Source: Atractiella rhizophila
Taxonomy: Eukaryota
Assembly: GCA_021432655.1 (NCBI GenBank)
Contig: MU271382.1
Span: 1 to 64,000 of the forward strand
Length of the DNA stretch: 64,000 nucleotides
Direction of reading: 5' to 3'
The position numbers and the translations under genes were made by a program. Below, piece after piece: positions 49,466 to 62,336 of this stretch (within the stretch, counting starts at the first letter, position 1; each line of letters starts with the position of its first letter). The notes beneath the pieces were generated by a model. It was not told the DNA's origin. It did not search any database and worked only from the letters and a program-made list of their open reading frames with translations.

Positions 49466-51850
49466 TGTAAGGAAACTACATTACCTGCGAAGTGCGAGAT
49501 AACAATGAGTATAAGTCTTGCACTTGCAGGTTTACAAGCTTTTATAACAGAGAGATCCCCGTGGCAAAAGATTGGCCACAGTTCCAGAAAGTGCTCGAAG
49601 GAAACTAAACGTGCAAGTGCGCAAGTGGTGAAAGGAGGAGGCGCACGATTCTGCAGATTCTGTCAAACTCCCCCTCGCATCCTACTTTCCACTCATCCCA
49701 ATTTTCTGCATAGCTCCATCTACCTTCACTCTCGAAACCCCCTTTGTAAGTACATCAGCAGGTAAGTCCTTCGTGTCCATATAGTGGAGTTGAATTTTGC
49801 CGCTGACAACGCATTCACGAGTGTAATGATAGGGGATGTCGATGTGTTTCGTTCGTTGACGGAAGATAGGGTTGTTAGCAAGCTGATGTGATCCTAGGTT
49901 GTCGCCGAAGATAGTGATTGGAGCATCGATAGAGAACCCAAGGTCGTCAAGGAGATTGCGGAGCCACGAAGCTTCTCGAGCTGCAAATGAAAGGGCGACG
50001 TACTCGGCTTCCGTGCTCGAAAGGGTAACTATCGACTGCTTCTTGCTTCTCCATATGACAGCGCTGCCTGCATTCGTGAAGAGCGTCCCAGAAATCGATT
50101 TTCGATCGTGGCTGGCGGCGAAGTCTGAGTCGGAGTACCCAGTAAGTTCATTTCCTTCACTGTGGTAGGTGATTTTAAGGTCTGTTGTGCCGCATAGGTA
50201 ACGAAAGATCCTCTTGATGGCTTTCCAATGCTGAGGTGAGGGGTTGTCCGAGAATAGGGCAACTTGGCTGACAGCGAAGGCAAGGTCCGGTCGTGTCGCT
50301 ATCATGAGATAGAGGGAGCCGACTGCTTCCCTGTAGCGACCGTTCCAAGATTTTGGTACATATGTTCCTTCATTTCCGCCTTCCCCTTCATTTGTAGCCG
50401 GTTCTAACTTCCCTCCAAGCTCAAACGGTGTTGCGGCGGCGTTGCAGTTTCCATTTCGAACTTCTTCAGCAGGCGCTCTGTGTAAGCTTGTTGATTGATG
50501 GAGATTCTGTCATCAGACTGTGTTATGCGAATGCCTAAGAACTGGTGAGCTCTTCCTTCGTCCTTGAGTTTGTAATGTTTCTGAAGCGCTTTCTTCACAG
50601 CTGCTGCTTCCTCATCATCCTCGGCCATGATGAGGATGTCGTCAATGTATAGCCCTACGAGTGGGTAATTTCCTGTTTTCCCATCTCGTCTCGTATAGAT
50701 TGTGGCTTCTGACATGCTTTGTCTGAATCCTAAACTTCTCAATTTTTCATCGGCATCCCCGTTCCAGACTTGTCCGCTCTGGTGGAGGCCATAGACGCCT
50801 TTCGTCGCTCTTATCACCCAATCAGGATGTTCTGGGTCTTCCCAGCCAGGAGGAGGTCGAAGATAGACGGGTTTATCGAGTTTACCATAAAGGTATGCTG
50901 TTGATACATCTACCATGTGTACTGGCCACTTATTCTTCACTGCAATAGATAGGATAAGGCGAAACATGGGCATGGAGGGGACCGGGGAGAATGTCTCATC
51001 GTAATCGACACCTTCGTACTGTCTGTACCCTTGTGCAACTACCCTTGCACGATATCTGACAGTCTCTCCCCCTGGACCTAGCTTTTCCCTCAGCACCCAT
51101 CGTGACCCAATCACATTCTCCCCCTTTTGGCAGCGGTACCATCTCTCCAACATCCTTTTCCCTCCACGACTCGCTTTCCTTGTCAAAGGTGGCTTGCCAT
51201 TCAACGGCATGCGGACCAGCAACGGCCTCTTCGTATGTCGGAGTGAGGTGGCAAGAGGAGGAGGCGACTGTGATGCGGGCTACCGCATCTGATAAGGGTG
51301 AGTTGCCGAAGTACTTTGCTCTATTGTCTTTCTGAGCTTGTGCAGGTGTGCGCCGTATGTGCTGTGGGCGTTCTGGAGGCGGCAACGGTTCTGTTTTCGC
51401 TTTCGACGGCCCTTTGGTGGGTTTCTCCCCCTCATTATGTTGTTCTCTTGTTATGACTGGAATTGGTGCTGTTTTGGGAACAGGAGGGTCTGCTCGTTTG
51501 CTCGTTTGGACTTCGACAGGCTGTAGGAGGGTTGTGGGGTACGTTTCGTGGAATTGAATGTGTAGCTGGTTGGTTACTGATCCGTTCTTGGGATTATAGA
51601 TCCTATATGTTTTGCTCTCCCAATCGTAGCTGACCAACCTGCCCTCCGTCAATCGCGCATCGAGTTTCTGTCGGTTTGGCTCAGGAGGGATTAGACTATG
51701 AGTCCTGCATCCCAATACTCACAAGTGGTCCCACTGATGGTTTCTTACCGGTCCAGGCCTCGTACGGCGTCTTTCCTTCAAGGGCAGAGGTTGGGCGCCG
51801 GTTGATGATGTGGATGGCGGCCATGGCGAGCTCCCCCCACAACTTCTTGA
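49466..51850 (-). mobile_element. 5'-truncated Ty1/Copia element: integrase C-terminus, RT, RNase H, PPT, 3' LTR
   Basis: LWGELAM..INRRPT..TPYEAWTGKKP; YRARVVAQGY, VDVSTAYLYG, KGVYGLHQSG, LYIDD; TRPDLAFAV, GYSDSDFA, STEAEYVAL, RTKHIDI; PPT GAGGGGGAG then TG..CA LTR at about 49466-49665; frameshifted. Confidence 0.92.
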
Positions 51851-53253
51851 CCACAATTGGGTTGAAGGCACAAGTGACCATGAAAGTGTACCGGATCAAG
51901 AAGATGGAGACGAGGAGCAAGAGTTCAAATCCAATACCAAAGCTAAAGACAAGTTTCAAGGTATTTTCAGAGGTGAAGAAATGCAATCTATCAGAGAATG
52001 GATCGCTGCGCTTGAGATTCTAACTTGGATCGAACGGCCTCCAATGAACCTTGGAAGCGCTTCCCATGGCAAATTGAAAGCCGACTGTTGGTTTGTTTTA
52101 TTCACAGTTTGTCTGCCTCTAATTTTGCCGATAATCTGGACTGGACGAACTGATCGCATGGAACATTGGAGAAATTTTGCATTTTTGGTTACATTTACCA
52201 ACATTGCTTGTGCTTATTCTTTGACTGATGACCTCATCGATCTTGGAGAGGATGTTTACCGCAAGTTTCGAGAAGGCTGCTTCAAACTCTTTCCTCACTC
52301 TCCTTCCGCTCCAAATCATCATTTAGCTGGGCACATTCCTCTACTCCAAAGGTTCTGGGGCCTGCTCATGCCACTTTCTGAATGGTCTGGAGAACGAATC
52401 ACCGGAACTCTCCAGCAGTTTCGGACAAACAACAAATTCGGTACGTTGCCATCACCACAACCTCTGTGCTCACAATGACGGGGGAATAGATGAGCTTAAT
52501 CTCACTATGTTTCGTGAATTTTGCCGTCGTGGTCGATTCGAGGCTTTCTTAAACGATCCACAGCTGCCAATCAAGCACTCCGCTCTGAAGCACATTCTTC
52601 CGAGCACCATCTGCTCTCGAACGTCGTCAATGTCACTCAATGACGGCAGTTTCGTACTGTCAGATGATCAACTCATCAGCTTTCAAAAGCAATCGAAACT
52701 TCTCAAAGACTCTGATTACAACTCAATTCTTACGCTCGTTAACAGCGAGTTGCGGCCGCGGAAGAAGCAAAAGCATCATACGATGCTTTCTGAGCGCTTA
52801 TCTCAGATAGATCTCTGCAACATTGTTGTGCCATTTCGCCAATATCTCCAACAGATCTCGTACAAAGGGCGAATGATCAGTCAAAGAGGAAAACACAAAG
52901 GCAACAGTGGAGTAAGATTCCGAAAAGGGGATGCAGAAGAATGGGGAGAAGTTATTGATATCATTCGACACGTGAGGGAGGATGGACAAATTGGTTGGGT
53001 ATGTGAGGTTTTTCTTCAAGTTTCCATTTATTCCAACTTCGGCACACGACATTTATCATTTGACCCATTTCTTAACTTTCCTGGTCTCAAAGCAAAGGCT
53101 ATTTACTTTGGTACCAATAGCCGAAAGGAGATGATCAAACTCAACCAGGTCAAATCACATCATGCACACATTGCACCACCTTTTGGTATGCTTGGTATCA
53201 GAGATGAACGTATAGTTTTAGCAATTGATTTGGATAGGGGTCATTCTGAATAA
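51850..53253 (+). mobile_element. 3' fragment of a second CACTA/EnSpm-like transposase
   Basis: PMNLGSASHGKLKADCW, PNHHLAGH..RFWG..SEWSGERITGTLQ..TNNK; intron 52441-52489 joins the two ORFs in frame. Confidence 0.75.
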
Positions 53254-53812
53254 TAGTTTGATTTTTTCATTAGCCTGTTGCTTGCAAAGCAGAATATACA
53301 TTTATGTGATATTCACCAATCTCGTAGGATGTCACCATGTCCATTTTAAGATGACTGGTCACCTCCTTCATGTAGCACATCATGTCCTCACAGCTTGTAT
53401 CCCTAAAGACCAATGCAGTCTTCGTCAGCTGCTGAGTCAAAGACAAGGCTATGGCTACCAGGAAACAAGAGGCCATTGAGCTCGAGAATCTTCTTCTGCG
53501 TTGAGGACGGTGTTGGGAAGACTCCAATATCGCGACCGAGTGCTGGGACGGTCTGCCACTATAGGTAAAAGCTCGCCTGATAGGTAAATGCTCGCCTTGA
53601 TTAAGTGGGAGGTGAGGCGCACCTTTCAGGCCGGCCAAACCTCCGCAATCAGTTGCCCGAGGGCCTTGTCGGCAGGCCAGACCCAGGCATGGTATTCTTT
53701 TCATGTTCGCCATGCTGGCACAGTCCAGCCTCTCAGGAGGAGCCGAATTATTGATAGGGGTGACCTGTGAGTTTGACCTTCCTTTTATCGTCATGGAGCG
53801 TTTGTCGGCGTG

Positions 53813-54324
53813 TAGAGATGTCAACGAGTATGGTACTTTGTGGGTACTTGTGCCACAGGTATCCGTGCACAACAAGTTACAAATCAGCTACAGAGGGTAA
53901 ATTTTCATCAGGGGTACCCATTTGTAATCCCTGCTAAGTACCTAAGAGTACTCATGCGCATATGTCCTGAAATGGTAGGTACCCGTGGGGTACTTGTTTG
54001 AAAGAGTTAAAGAGAGTTTTATATCAATTTTTGATCTTTTTCACATTCAAAATGGCTCTATCTGGCTCTGAGATACAAGTAATAGTGGTGTTTAAACCAT
54101 AAATAATGTATAATAAGTCATCTATATAAACTAATGTACCTAAACTGTAAAATTATGTTGATGAGTAGAGTCTAAGTTAATACAAGGGTACTTGTGAGTA
54201 GTACTCATGAGTACAAGGGTACCTGTGTCAAAGGTCACAACAAGTTACAAATCAGGCTTTAAGCTGATTGATACTTGTGAGTAAGGGTACCTGTACTCGT
54301 GAGTCCTACTCGTTGGCATCTCTA
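53813..54324. mobile_element. hAT-type MITE, 512 bp
   Basis: TIR TAGAGATGTCAACGAGTA vs TAGAGATGCCAACGAGTA (17/18); TSD TCGGCGTG/TTGGCGTG (7/8); many GTAC subterminal motifs. Confidence 0.88.
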
Positions 54325-54489
54325 TTGGCGTGGATAAGAGTAGGAGCGGGACGAGGGAGGTTTAGAAGGTCACAGCTGGATATAGGAAACAAGAGGGGTT
54401 GACTTGGAATGAACCTGCATCTAGATAGCAATCAAATAAGATAGCGACAACAAGGTCATGTTCTCATAGAAATGGATGCTCTATCCGGG

Positions 54490-54715
54490 GGAAATGCGGA
54501 CACATAAGGGTGGGGAACTGCTCGAAAAAAGTATGCTAACAGTGGAGTGGAGGTGTAATATAATGATGTACTCGCCAAATTCCTCCTCTCCCTCAATCCT
54601 GAACCAGTTCTCTGCTCCGCCAACCACCGTCCGAGCTCTACCCTACGCGGGCTAGTGCCATACCTGGTAGGGCTAGCCTCATGCTCATCAGCGCAGCGAC
54701 AAGGTCCTGACAAAG
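54490..54715 (+). repeat. Dispersed ~220-bp repeat, copy 2
   Basis: Homologous to 27110-27328. Confidence 0.85.
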
Positions 54716-54937
54716 TGGCTGGACTCGAAGAACAATTTCGAGTGGCCGAAATAACGTCCGGAGCCGAAAAATCTGGCTCCGGAGCGAATTGTTGCCCGTC
54801 GTGAGTATTCCAGCATTAGCATTAGGTGCAGCAGTCCCAACAACACCTAATCCATCGACACCATCCGTCTCTCGCGAACGGTTTACTGATATTCCTTCTT
54901 TTCCGATCCTCAAGTCGATTTCGAGCTGAGCCTAGGA

Positions 54938-56857
54938 TGCCTGAGGCCGAGGTTTCGTCGCGTAGAGGTGCTGCAACGCAGGCACGATTGATCTCTCTTT
55001 GGCTTCATTCTTCTCCCGTAACACGATTTATGGGCTACAGTGTGATTTCTCTTCTCAGTGGGAGGATTCTCAGAAATCAGAATCGACTGTCCTCGTTCAT
55101 CGAATCGCCCCAAGAAGACTACCCGCTTCAAATTTGCTCCAGCTTTCCTTCCTTCCCTCTTTCCTATCCCTCCTACCGCTGACAATTCACACACTCCGTT
55201 GTAATTTTGTCTTACCTCTAGAATTCACACGCGACGATCTTGTAAAGTCGATCCCGAAATTGTCCTATTTTTCACTTGAACCTATCGGAAATGCCGTCGA
55301 GAACGATGGTGTGGCGAACCTTTGGATTACTCTCGACCGGAATTATTTCATTATAACCTTTGGGACGTCACTGTGGTGCTTGAACGACAAGAAGTGGCAC
55401 TTGAATGGCAGGCAGTTGACCCGCACGTTTGTTCTTCCAGAAAATCGCTCTCAGGCTATCTTCAACCCCTTAGCCCTATATTCTGACGACGAACAGGCGT
55501 TCGTCCCAATCAGCGATGGGGAATGGCCAGCCGTCTCATCCCTCTGGGAAAACAATGCGAACATCCTGCAAATCTCACTGTCCCCATCTTCACTGTCCTG
55601 CCCCATCTTGCGCCTGCCTGTCGAGCTCCTTTCTCTCCTCTTCGATTTTGTCAAATTATTCTCGATCTAGACGAAATCAGAAGTTATTTTATCTGGGCAC
55701 TCGCTGAACCCCCGAGACTCCACGAAGTCTGCCAGCTCTGGAGGACTCTTTCAATTCCTTACTTGGAAGAACCCTATTCTGTGAAGAAGAAGCATGCTCA
55801 CTTAAAACTGCATCCTCGCAGTGGACGTCTGTGGCTTTCCCTGCGGTTTAATGGTTATATGAGTGTTGAGCTTGCAAAAGAAGTCGTCGCGAGTTCGCCG
55901 AATGTTACGTCGTTGGACCTGAATGCAGTTTGGGATGAACAAGAGGCAAGGATGATTTTGAGTGCTGTCGAAGGTTTGAAAAGGGTGGAAGACATATCCT
56001 TTGGATGAATGCGAGTGAGAGATCCGAGGCAGAAGGAGGGTGAGCATTGTCGGCCCAAAAAGTGGAAGAAGTGTGAACTGGAGAACTTTATGCGAAGGGC
56101 GAGTGAGAAGATTACATCGCTCGATATTCACAACGTGGACGACTGTTCCTCCTTCTCCTCTCCTCCTCTGCCGCCAGCGGGTCTCCAATTACCTCTTAGC
56201 TTAACATCCCTGGAACTTGACAAATACCTACCCCTCCCCTCGCTCTCCCTCCCGCAAACTCTCCGAGAGCTGACTCTCAACAAGTTGTGCCCACTCCCTC
56301 CTTCCATCTCAAGCTCCCTTCTGCCGCCTCAGCTGCGAAGGCTCAAAATCATACTCGCCCCCTTCTCCGCTGGCGGACAGACCTCCATCCTACTGGCTCC
56401 GCTCAACTTAACACATCTCGAACACCTTACCCTCCTCATCCTCGACGGTGGCGAGGAATCGTCAAACCTGGATTCCCTCAAGTTCTTCCGTACCCTTAAA
56501 AACTCAAAGAAAATAGTCACGATAGAGATTTCGTACTGTGTGGTGGAGTCAATCGATTTTCCAGACTTCATCCGTTGGTTCTTTAGTGATCGGCGAGAGG
56601 ATGGGGAGTTGGCTGAGGATGAATCTGTTAAGGTGGATACACTCACTTTAAGGGTTCAGTTATTCTTTGGAGCATGGACCGACGAGGAATTTTGGACTTC
56701 CAGGAGAATGATAGAGGAGAGTGTGACAGAGAAAGATCTGAAAGATCTGGAGTCGAAAAAAAAGGTGGAAGTTTCGGAGGGTGGGGACGACTTTCAGCCC
56801 AAGGATGATACGACTGAAATGACAGACTCACAATCGCCGTCGGTGCCTGAGAATTGA
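54938..56857 (+). pseudogene. F-box-like/LRR-like family member B
   Basis: CPILRLPVELLSLLFDF..LHEVCQLW; LRELTLNKLCPLPP; LDGGEESSNL; frameshift near 55660 and in-frame TGA at 56006-56008. Confidence 0.72.
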
Positions 56858-57417
56858 AGGAAGCGTTTGTGGATACGATAGTACCACTAGGGGATTCACC
56901 TTGTCTTGTGAGCTTACACGGCCTCATACGACCGCTCCAACGGAAGTACTTTTGCCGAATGTCAATTACTGCTACAATCATGCAACCGCTTTGAATTATT
57001 ATCGTTCACCGGATCCTCAACAACACGATGCATCTAGGTGCTCGATAGTTCTTCAGCAACCATTGCGCTGCACCTTGGCCTCAAAACTTAAGGTGAACAC
57101 TAGCCAAGTGGAGTAGCTAACCTCAAGTCTGCAGGAAATAGCACCTGGCTGGAGAGGAAAACTTCTGGGCTGGGTATTTTCGTTTTCACTTCCTACATCC
57201 GTTTTTACTTCGTTGCGCTTCGAATCCTTGTATGTGGAGCTAACAGATGATTTAAGAAGGTTTCAACCTGAACAATGGGTTCGTTGATCCACCCAGTTTA
57301 ACATGTGTGTTCCCTCTCTCGAATGCGAAAGCCAGTCAATTCCTCAAGCTTTATCCAACGGCGATCAGATGCTATGCTCATCTCCCATCCATTGTCACCT
57401 ATTTACTGTTATGACCC

Positions 57418-58958
57418 TTAATCTGCCATCACGACTGCTGCCATTCCCTGAATATTGAATCCATTGAGTTTGAATCCCGCCGCTTCCGCTGCAGGGCTCA
57501 TGTCAAGCTGTTGGATGATCTTTGCCTGACCTGGAGCATCCAAAGACATAACGTTGATGGTCGTCGCATTCGCGCCATTGACGAACATGAAGCTATTCAG
57601 CATCAGCTTCATTGCGAAACAAGAAGGGATACGGACTCTTTGCCAGAAAGAGAGACAATCTTGTTGTCGATGGTTCCGAAGCCATCGCCTTGAGGGTATT
57701 GCTAGAGACTTTCAGCAATGGAAGAGGGATAACGCGATGGACAAACCTTGACGATTGTGGCATTCAACTTTTCATCAACATTCACTTCCGTCACCTATCT
57801 TACGTTCAGGGATTTCGCATACAAAAGAAGGGAAACCTCACCAAAGAAGTAGCGATGTCTGTCATGTAGAAGTTCCCTGTCGCCTTCGACCGCTGAATCC
57901 AGCACACTGCTCCTTGGCCATTCACCTTGATCGCGCTCGACTTCGTGTGGTCCTTCAAGTCGATTACTGTGAATCCGACGGCTGGATCTGTCGCAATCAA
58001 AGCGTTCGTTCCAGGTATCAACGAAGAGCCGAAAGGTAGAGCGCCACCAGCTGGCGGGGGGACAGCAGTAAATTGTTCAGAAAGAGTTCCCTTAGCATCC
58101 ACATCCCAAACCGCCAAATTTCCCGGAGCGTCAGGAGCGCCTTTAATCATCGCGATGACTTGAGTGCCATCTTCGCTAAATAGAATGTGGCTCGCTGTTT
58201 TGGCCGGACCGGCTGGAGGTGTCGTTTGGTTGAGATCTAGAGAACGGAAACTGGTGGATGGACAGGCGCGCATCCCTTTGACGGACGAGACCAAGAAACA
58301 CGCTAGCCCAATCTCAGATCTCTGTCCTCGTCAAAGAACAAGAGGGGGACACACCAACTCCAGCCTTTGCACCTCCATTGAGCGCACACAGCTGATCCCC
58401 CACCGGGTTGAAAGCCAAACTGACTGGGAATTCCCCCCCAGAGCTAACAGGTTTACCTAGTAGTCGGAGTTGAGAAGGATTGCGTTGATCGATCGCAAAT
58501 AGAGATATCGAATTGCTGCCTGGGTTCACTGCTGCAAGCAGGCTACCGTTGGAGGATGTGACGACAGAGCCTTGTGAGAAGAGAGGATCTGGGGAGTCTA
58601 CGGGATCCGTAACGCCTCGAGATCCTTTACCGCCAATCCTGAAGGCTCTTGCAAGAGACTATATCACGCTCATAAGGACGAGCAGAAGCTGAGAGGAGCT
58701 AACAGACCAATTCACCGTTGGGAGCAATGTTGGCTGTAACCACAAAGTTGTTTTCGCCTGGCTCATTTGAAATGACTATGTCTCGCCTCAGCGAGTGCTT
58801 CTTTCCAATCTGGACTTACAATAAGCAGCGCCAGCGACAGTAGCCAAATTCACTCCGCGATTCAGTTGATGACCTCCTCGGCGACTTCCCGTCTCGAGGG
58901 GAGCCGCAAATGATGAAGAGAATAAGGCAACGGTGGAAAGGAAAGTGAGGAGCCTCAT
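57418..58958 (-). CDS. Secreted beta-propeller protein (lactonase/carboxymuconate-cyclase-like), multi-exon
   Basis: Signal MRLLTFLSTVALFSSSFAAP; DPLFSQGSV, VNPGSNSISLFAID, PVSSGGEFPVSLAF, ASHILFSEDG, QGAVCW; canonical introns. Confidence 0.8.
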
Positions 58959-59642
58959 TTCGATAAAAGGGGTTTGAAAACAAAGTCGACTGGCGACAAA
59001 AGATTACGGAATTGCTGCTAGAAAGATGAAACTTCGAAGCAACTTCAAGTTAGGATGACGGCCACACTACCATAAGATGAAAAGGTTCTGCCTTCTTGAC
59101 ACCAGGCCACTTCGCCCACTCGCACAAAGAGAACAGCTCTTTGAATCCAAAGGAACGATGGCTTTCAAGGGACAAAGGCCTTTTGGACCTTTTTTATAGA
59201 GGCACAAGGTCGGTTATAGACATTCCAACCGTGTTGCTAAGGGAGGATTGCAGTGGACTGCCCCCAGCTCCAACAAATACAATTGAGGGTTGCCTACACC
59301 ATCAAAGACAATATGTGGACGAGCGCAAGTCCTATAACCGCCATTGATGATTCATGATTTTCATGGAGCTCGATGGAGCTGGTCAGCTAGACGCGACGGG
59401 CTTTGGTGTGTGGGTACGCCGAGGAGAAAGAGAAAAGCTTTCCCTACAGTACTTCCGAGTCGAAGCTTCAATAGCTGTTAGCACTTGATTGTAGGCATTA
59501 ATAGCAGTTGGAGGCACGAAACATGTAAGTTCCAAACCTCAGACCTTATTCAGGCCCATAAATTGCTACAAGTAAGATTGGGAATCTTAAAATCCCTTAC
59601 ATTACGGCAACACTACATGGTCTGGGATCGCTGGCATAGTCC

Positions 59643-60223
59643 TAGTGTGCGGGGTAATACCTTACCGTTCTGCCATTAAGGTATTGCCAAAGTTCTGCCA
59701 CAGCGACTTTTTTGTTCTGCCATTGTTCCGCTAGGCAGGCGGCCACATCGGTTAGCTGCCATGCCGTTTGGGAGCTTAATTTTGAGCTTAACTTTGAATT
59801 TTTTTTGAGGCGCTCTATTTTTACTGTAATTGTTTTGTCTCGTGTTGTTCTTTTCGAATCGACCCCGTTACGAGAATGCCAAAACAAGAGTATCCACTCA
59901 CAATGAAGAGCACTTCTCAAGGAGTGAAGGAGGTCATCTTCTGTGGTACACATTCCTGCAGCTTTCCCGATGGTTCGAAGAGCAGAAGATTCAGGATCAG
60001 ATGTCGCGAGCAAGCGCGCCCGTCTCAATTGACCATTTGAGCCGTGGGAACCCCTTTATTATATGCTTCTTTGAAATAAATGATATTGCCTGACTGCTAG
60101 ATATGCCTACAATCCTCTGAAACTGCAATTTAGTGTTCTGCCCTTCTGCCATTCGTATTGCCATCTGCCATGGCAATACCTTATGTTCTGCCACGCCCCA
60201 AAATCGTATTGCCCCTAAGGCTA
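59643..60223. mobile_element. Putative hAT-like MITE, 581 bp
   Basis: TAG..CTA ends with imperfect TIR (TAGTGTGCGGGGTAATAC vs TAGCCTTAGGGGCAATAC); flanks CATAGTCC vs CAT(GAT)AGTCC; TTCTGCCA/TATTGCC repeats at both ends. Confidence 0.6.
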
Positions 60224-60539
60224 CATGATAGTCCCATTTCGCTCTAAATGATTGACCTGGCTTCCAGCTTATGAATATAGCTAAAATATTATCCAGTTAT
60301 CTCTCCCTATGATTTCCGTTAATCGTATGCGCTTGAAGACGGCTGGAGAGGTGTGAAAGGAGTTCGGGGATATGACTAGCCTAGGGTTGCTGTCTATGTC
60401 TTTTCCAAGTTAGGCACCCGCCGCTTCCAGAAGAAGGAAGGTGTTGCCGCAGTTGAAGGTCAGACTGTATCTCACATTCACATTCTCACGTATGCCAATG
60501 ATAACGCAGATTCACGGATAGTCTGCCGCCATTTTCGAA

Positions 60540-62247
60540 ATGACTGAGACGCAAACATCCATCTTTGATTTTCAGGACTTGGAAGCGACAGCACTTGTCC
60601 AGCTTATCACTCCAGAAGCGTATACGACTTCACTCAAACTGTCCATTCTTCCCTCTCTCCTCTCCTACCTCCCTCCATCAATCCGTACGTTACGGTTCAC
60701 GTTTTTCTTGCCCCTTACATTCCTGGATTCGACCTGCTGAGGTAACCTCGAAACTATCCTCTTTCCCACTCAAATGTCTCCAAAATGTAGTTGAAACCGA
60801 CAGAGTGATTAATATTTGGATCAATATTGACGAGAGAAGTGTCACAGTTACCGTTACCTTTGAAGCGGATGAAGGCCGTGCACTCGTCCATTCTGAAAAT
60901 TGGCCCTCACTCGACAACGGCTTAATTCGCAAGTTACCTCTCTCAGAGGATCGTTCTCAGGCCCCCTTCGCACCGATCGCGTTATATAATGAAAACCAAC
61001 GGCGCTTCTTTCCAATTAGTGATCATGAAGCATCACCTCTTCCGTCCCTCCGTCAGAAAATTGGGACCAGCATCCAACTCTCAATCTCCCCAACTCTGGT
61101 GCTTCATCCATGCTCCATCTCACACCTCCCTAGAGAGTTGCTCTCTATCATCTTCGATTTTTTCACCGACAGCGAACCCAGATACAGCGCAGCCTCCATG
61201 CTCTCTGTTGTCTGCAAGCACTGGCTAGCGGTTGCGGCCGCTTATTGGAACAGCGCTGCTCATGCTTGTGCGGAAGTGAAGCACGCTCACTTGAATCTGT
61301 ATCCTGGTGCTGGAAGGCGATGGAGAAAACTGCGGTTCAAAGAAAGGATAAACGTTGGAATGGTGAAAGAGGTCATAGCTGGCTCCCCGAATGTTACCTA
61401 AGTGTGGGTGGATGCGTTTTGGAGTGAAAGGGAGGCGGAGATGGTTTTGCTTGCGATTGAAAGCTTGAAAACGCTGAAAAAGTTAACCTTTGGACAATTC
61501 GGTTCGAGAAAGTGGAGGAAGAAGGAAGTCGAGACTTTCATGTGGAGGATGAGCGGGAGGGTCAAACAACTCGAAGCTGACGAAGTGGAGAACTCTGCTT
61601 ATTCGACATCAGCCGGGCTCCAATTATCTCCTGGCCTAACATCCTTGTTCCTTCGAACGTATCCACCTCTCCCATCGCTCTCCTTTCCGCTCTCCCTCCT
61701 GACCCTGAGTCTCTCCAACATGTGTCCCCTCCCACCTCCCATCTCAGATTTCCCTCTACCACCTCTTCTCGAACATCTCCGAATGGAACTTTCCCCTTTC
61801 TCGGTGGATCAAGATATGTCCATCCTCTCCACTCCACTCGACTTTTCCCATCTCACACACCTCCCTGCGCTCTTCCTTGACGGTGGAGGTGAAACTTCAA
61901 ACCTCGTTTCCCCCGACTTCTTCAGCACTCTAGAAAATGCAAAAGCGATCGAACGCATAGAGGTTATGTACTGCGTGGTAGAGTGGATCAATTTCCGAGA
62001 ATGTATCTCCTGGTTCTTTGGAGATCGTGGAGTGAAGAAAGTGAAGAAGGACTGGGATGTGACTGAGGAGGATGGTTCCCAGGAGAGAGAACCGAGCGAA
62101 CGAGGTTTACAGGTTCTGTTGTTATTTGGAGAATGGGAGGAGGAAGAAATCAGGATCACTGGCAGGATGATGAGAGAGTGTGGTGTTGGCGACCTGGGGC
62201 CGTCAAAGATTTGTTGGGGCAGTGTTCTGGAAGATGATGGGAGTTAA
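60540..62247 (+). pseudogene. F-box-like/LRR-like family member C
   Basis: CSISHLPRELLSIIFDF..LSVVCKHW; LSLSNMCPLPP; LDGGGETSNL; frameshift near 60730 and in-frame TAA at 61399-61401. Confidence 0.72.
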
Positions 62248-62336
62248 CTTTCCGAGTAAGATGCGCCAGGAAGTTACTCAGTAAAGGAACTGTCACTTTT
62301 ACGTTGGCAGACTCTTTCAACGGAGCGTGAGAGCCT

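Noticed and set aside
56006..61401. Programmed readthrough or A-to-I editing of in-frame stops in the F-box-like genes
   Set aside because: The stops are TGA and TAA at different positions, the TAA aligns to non-Trp residues in paralogs, and the same genes also carry frameshifts; ordinary decay is simpler
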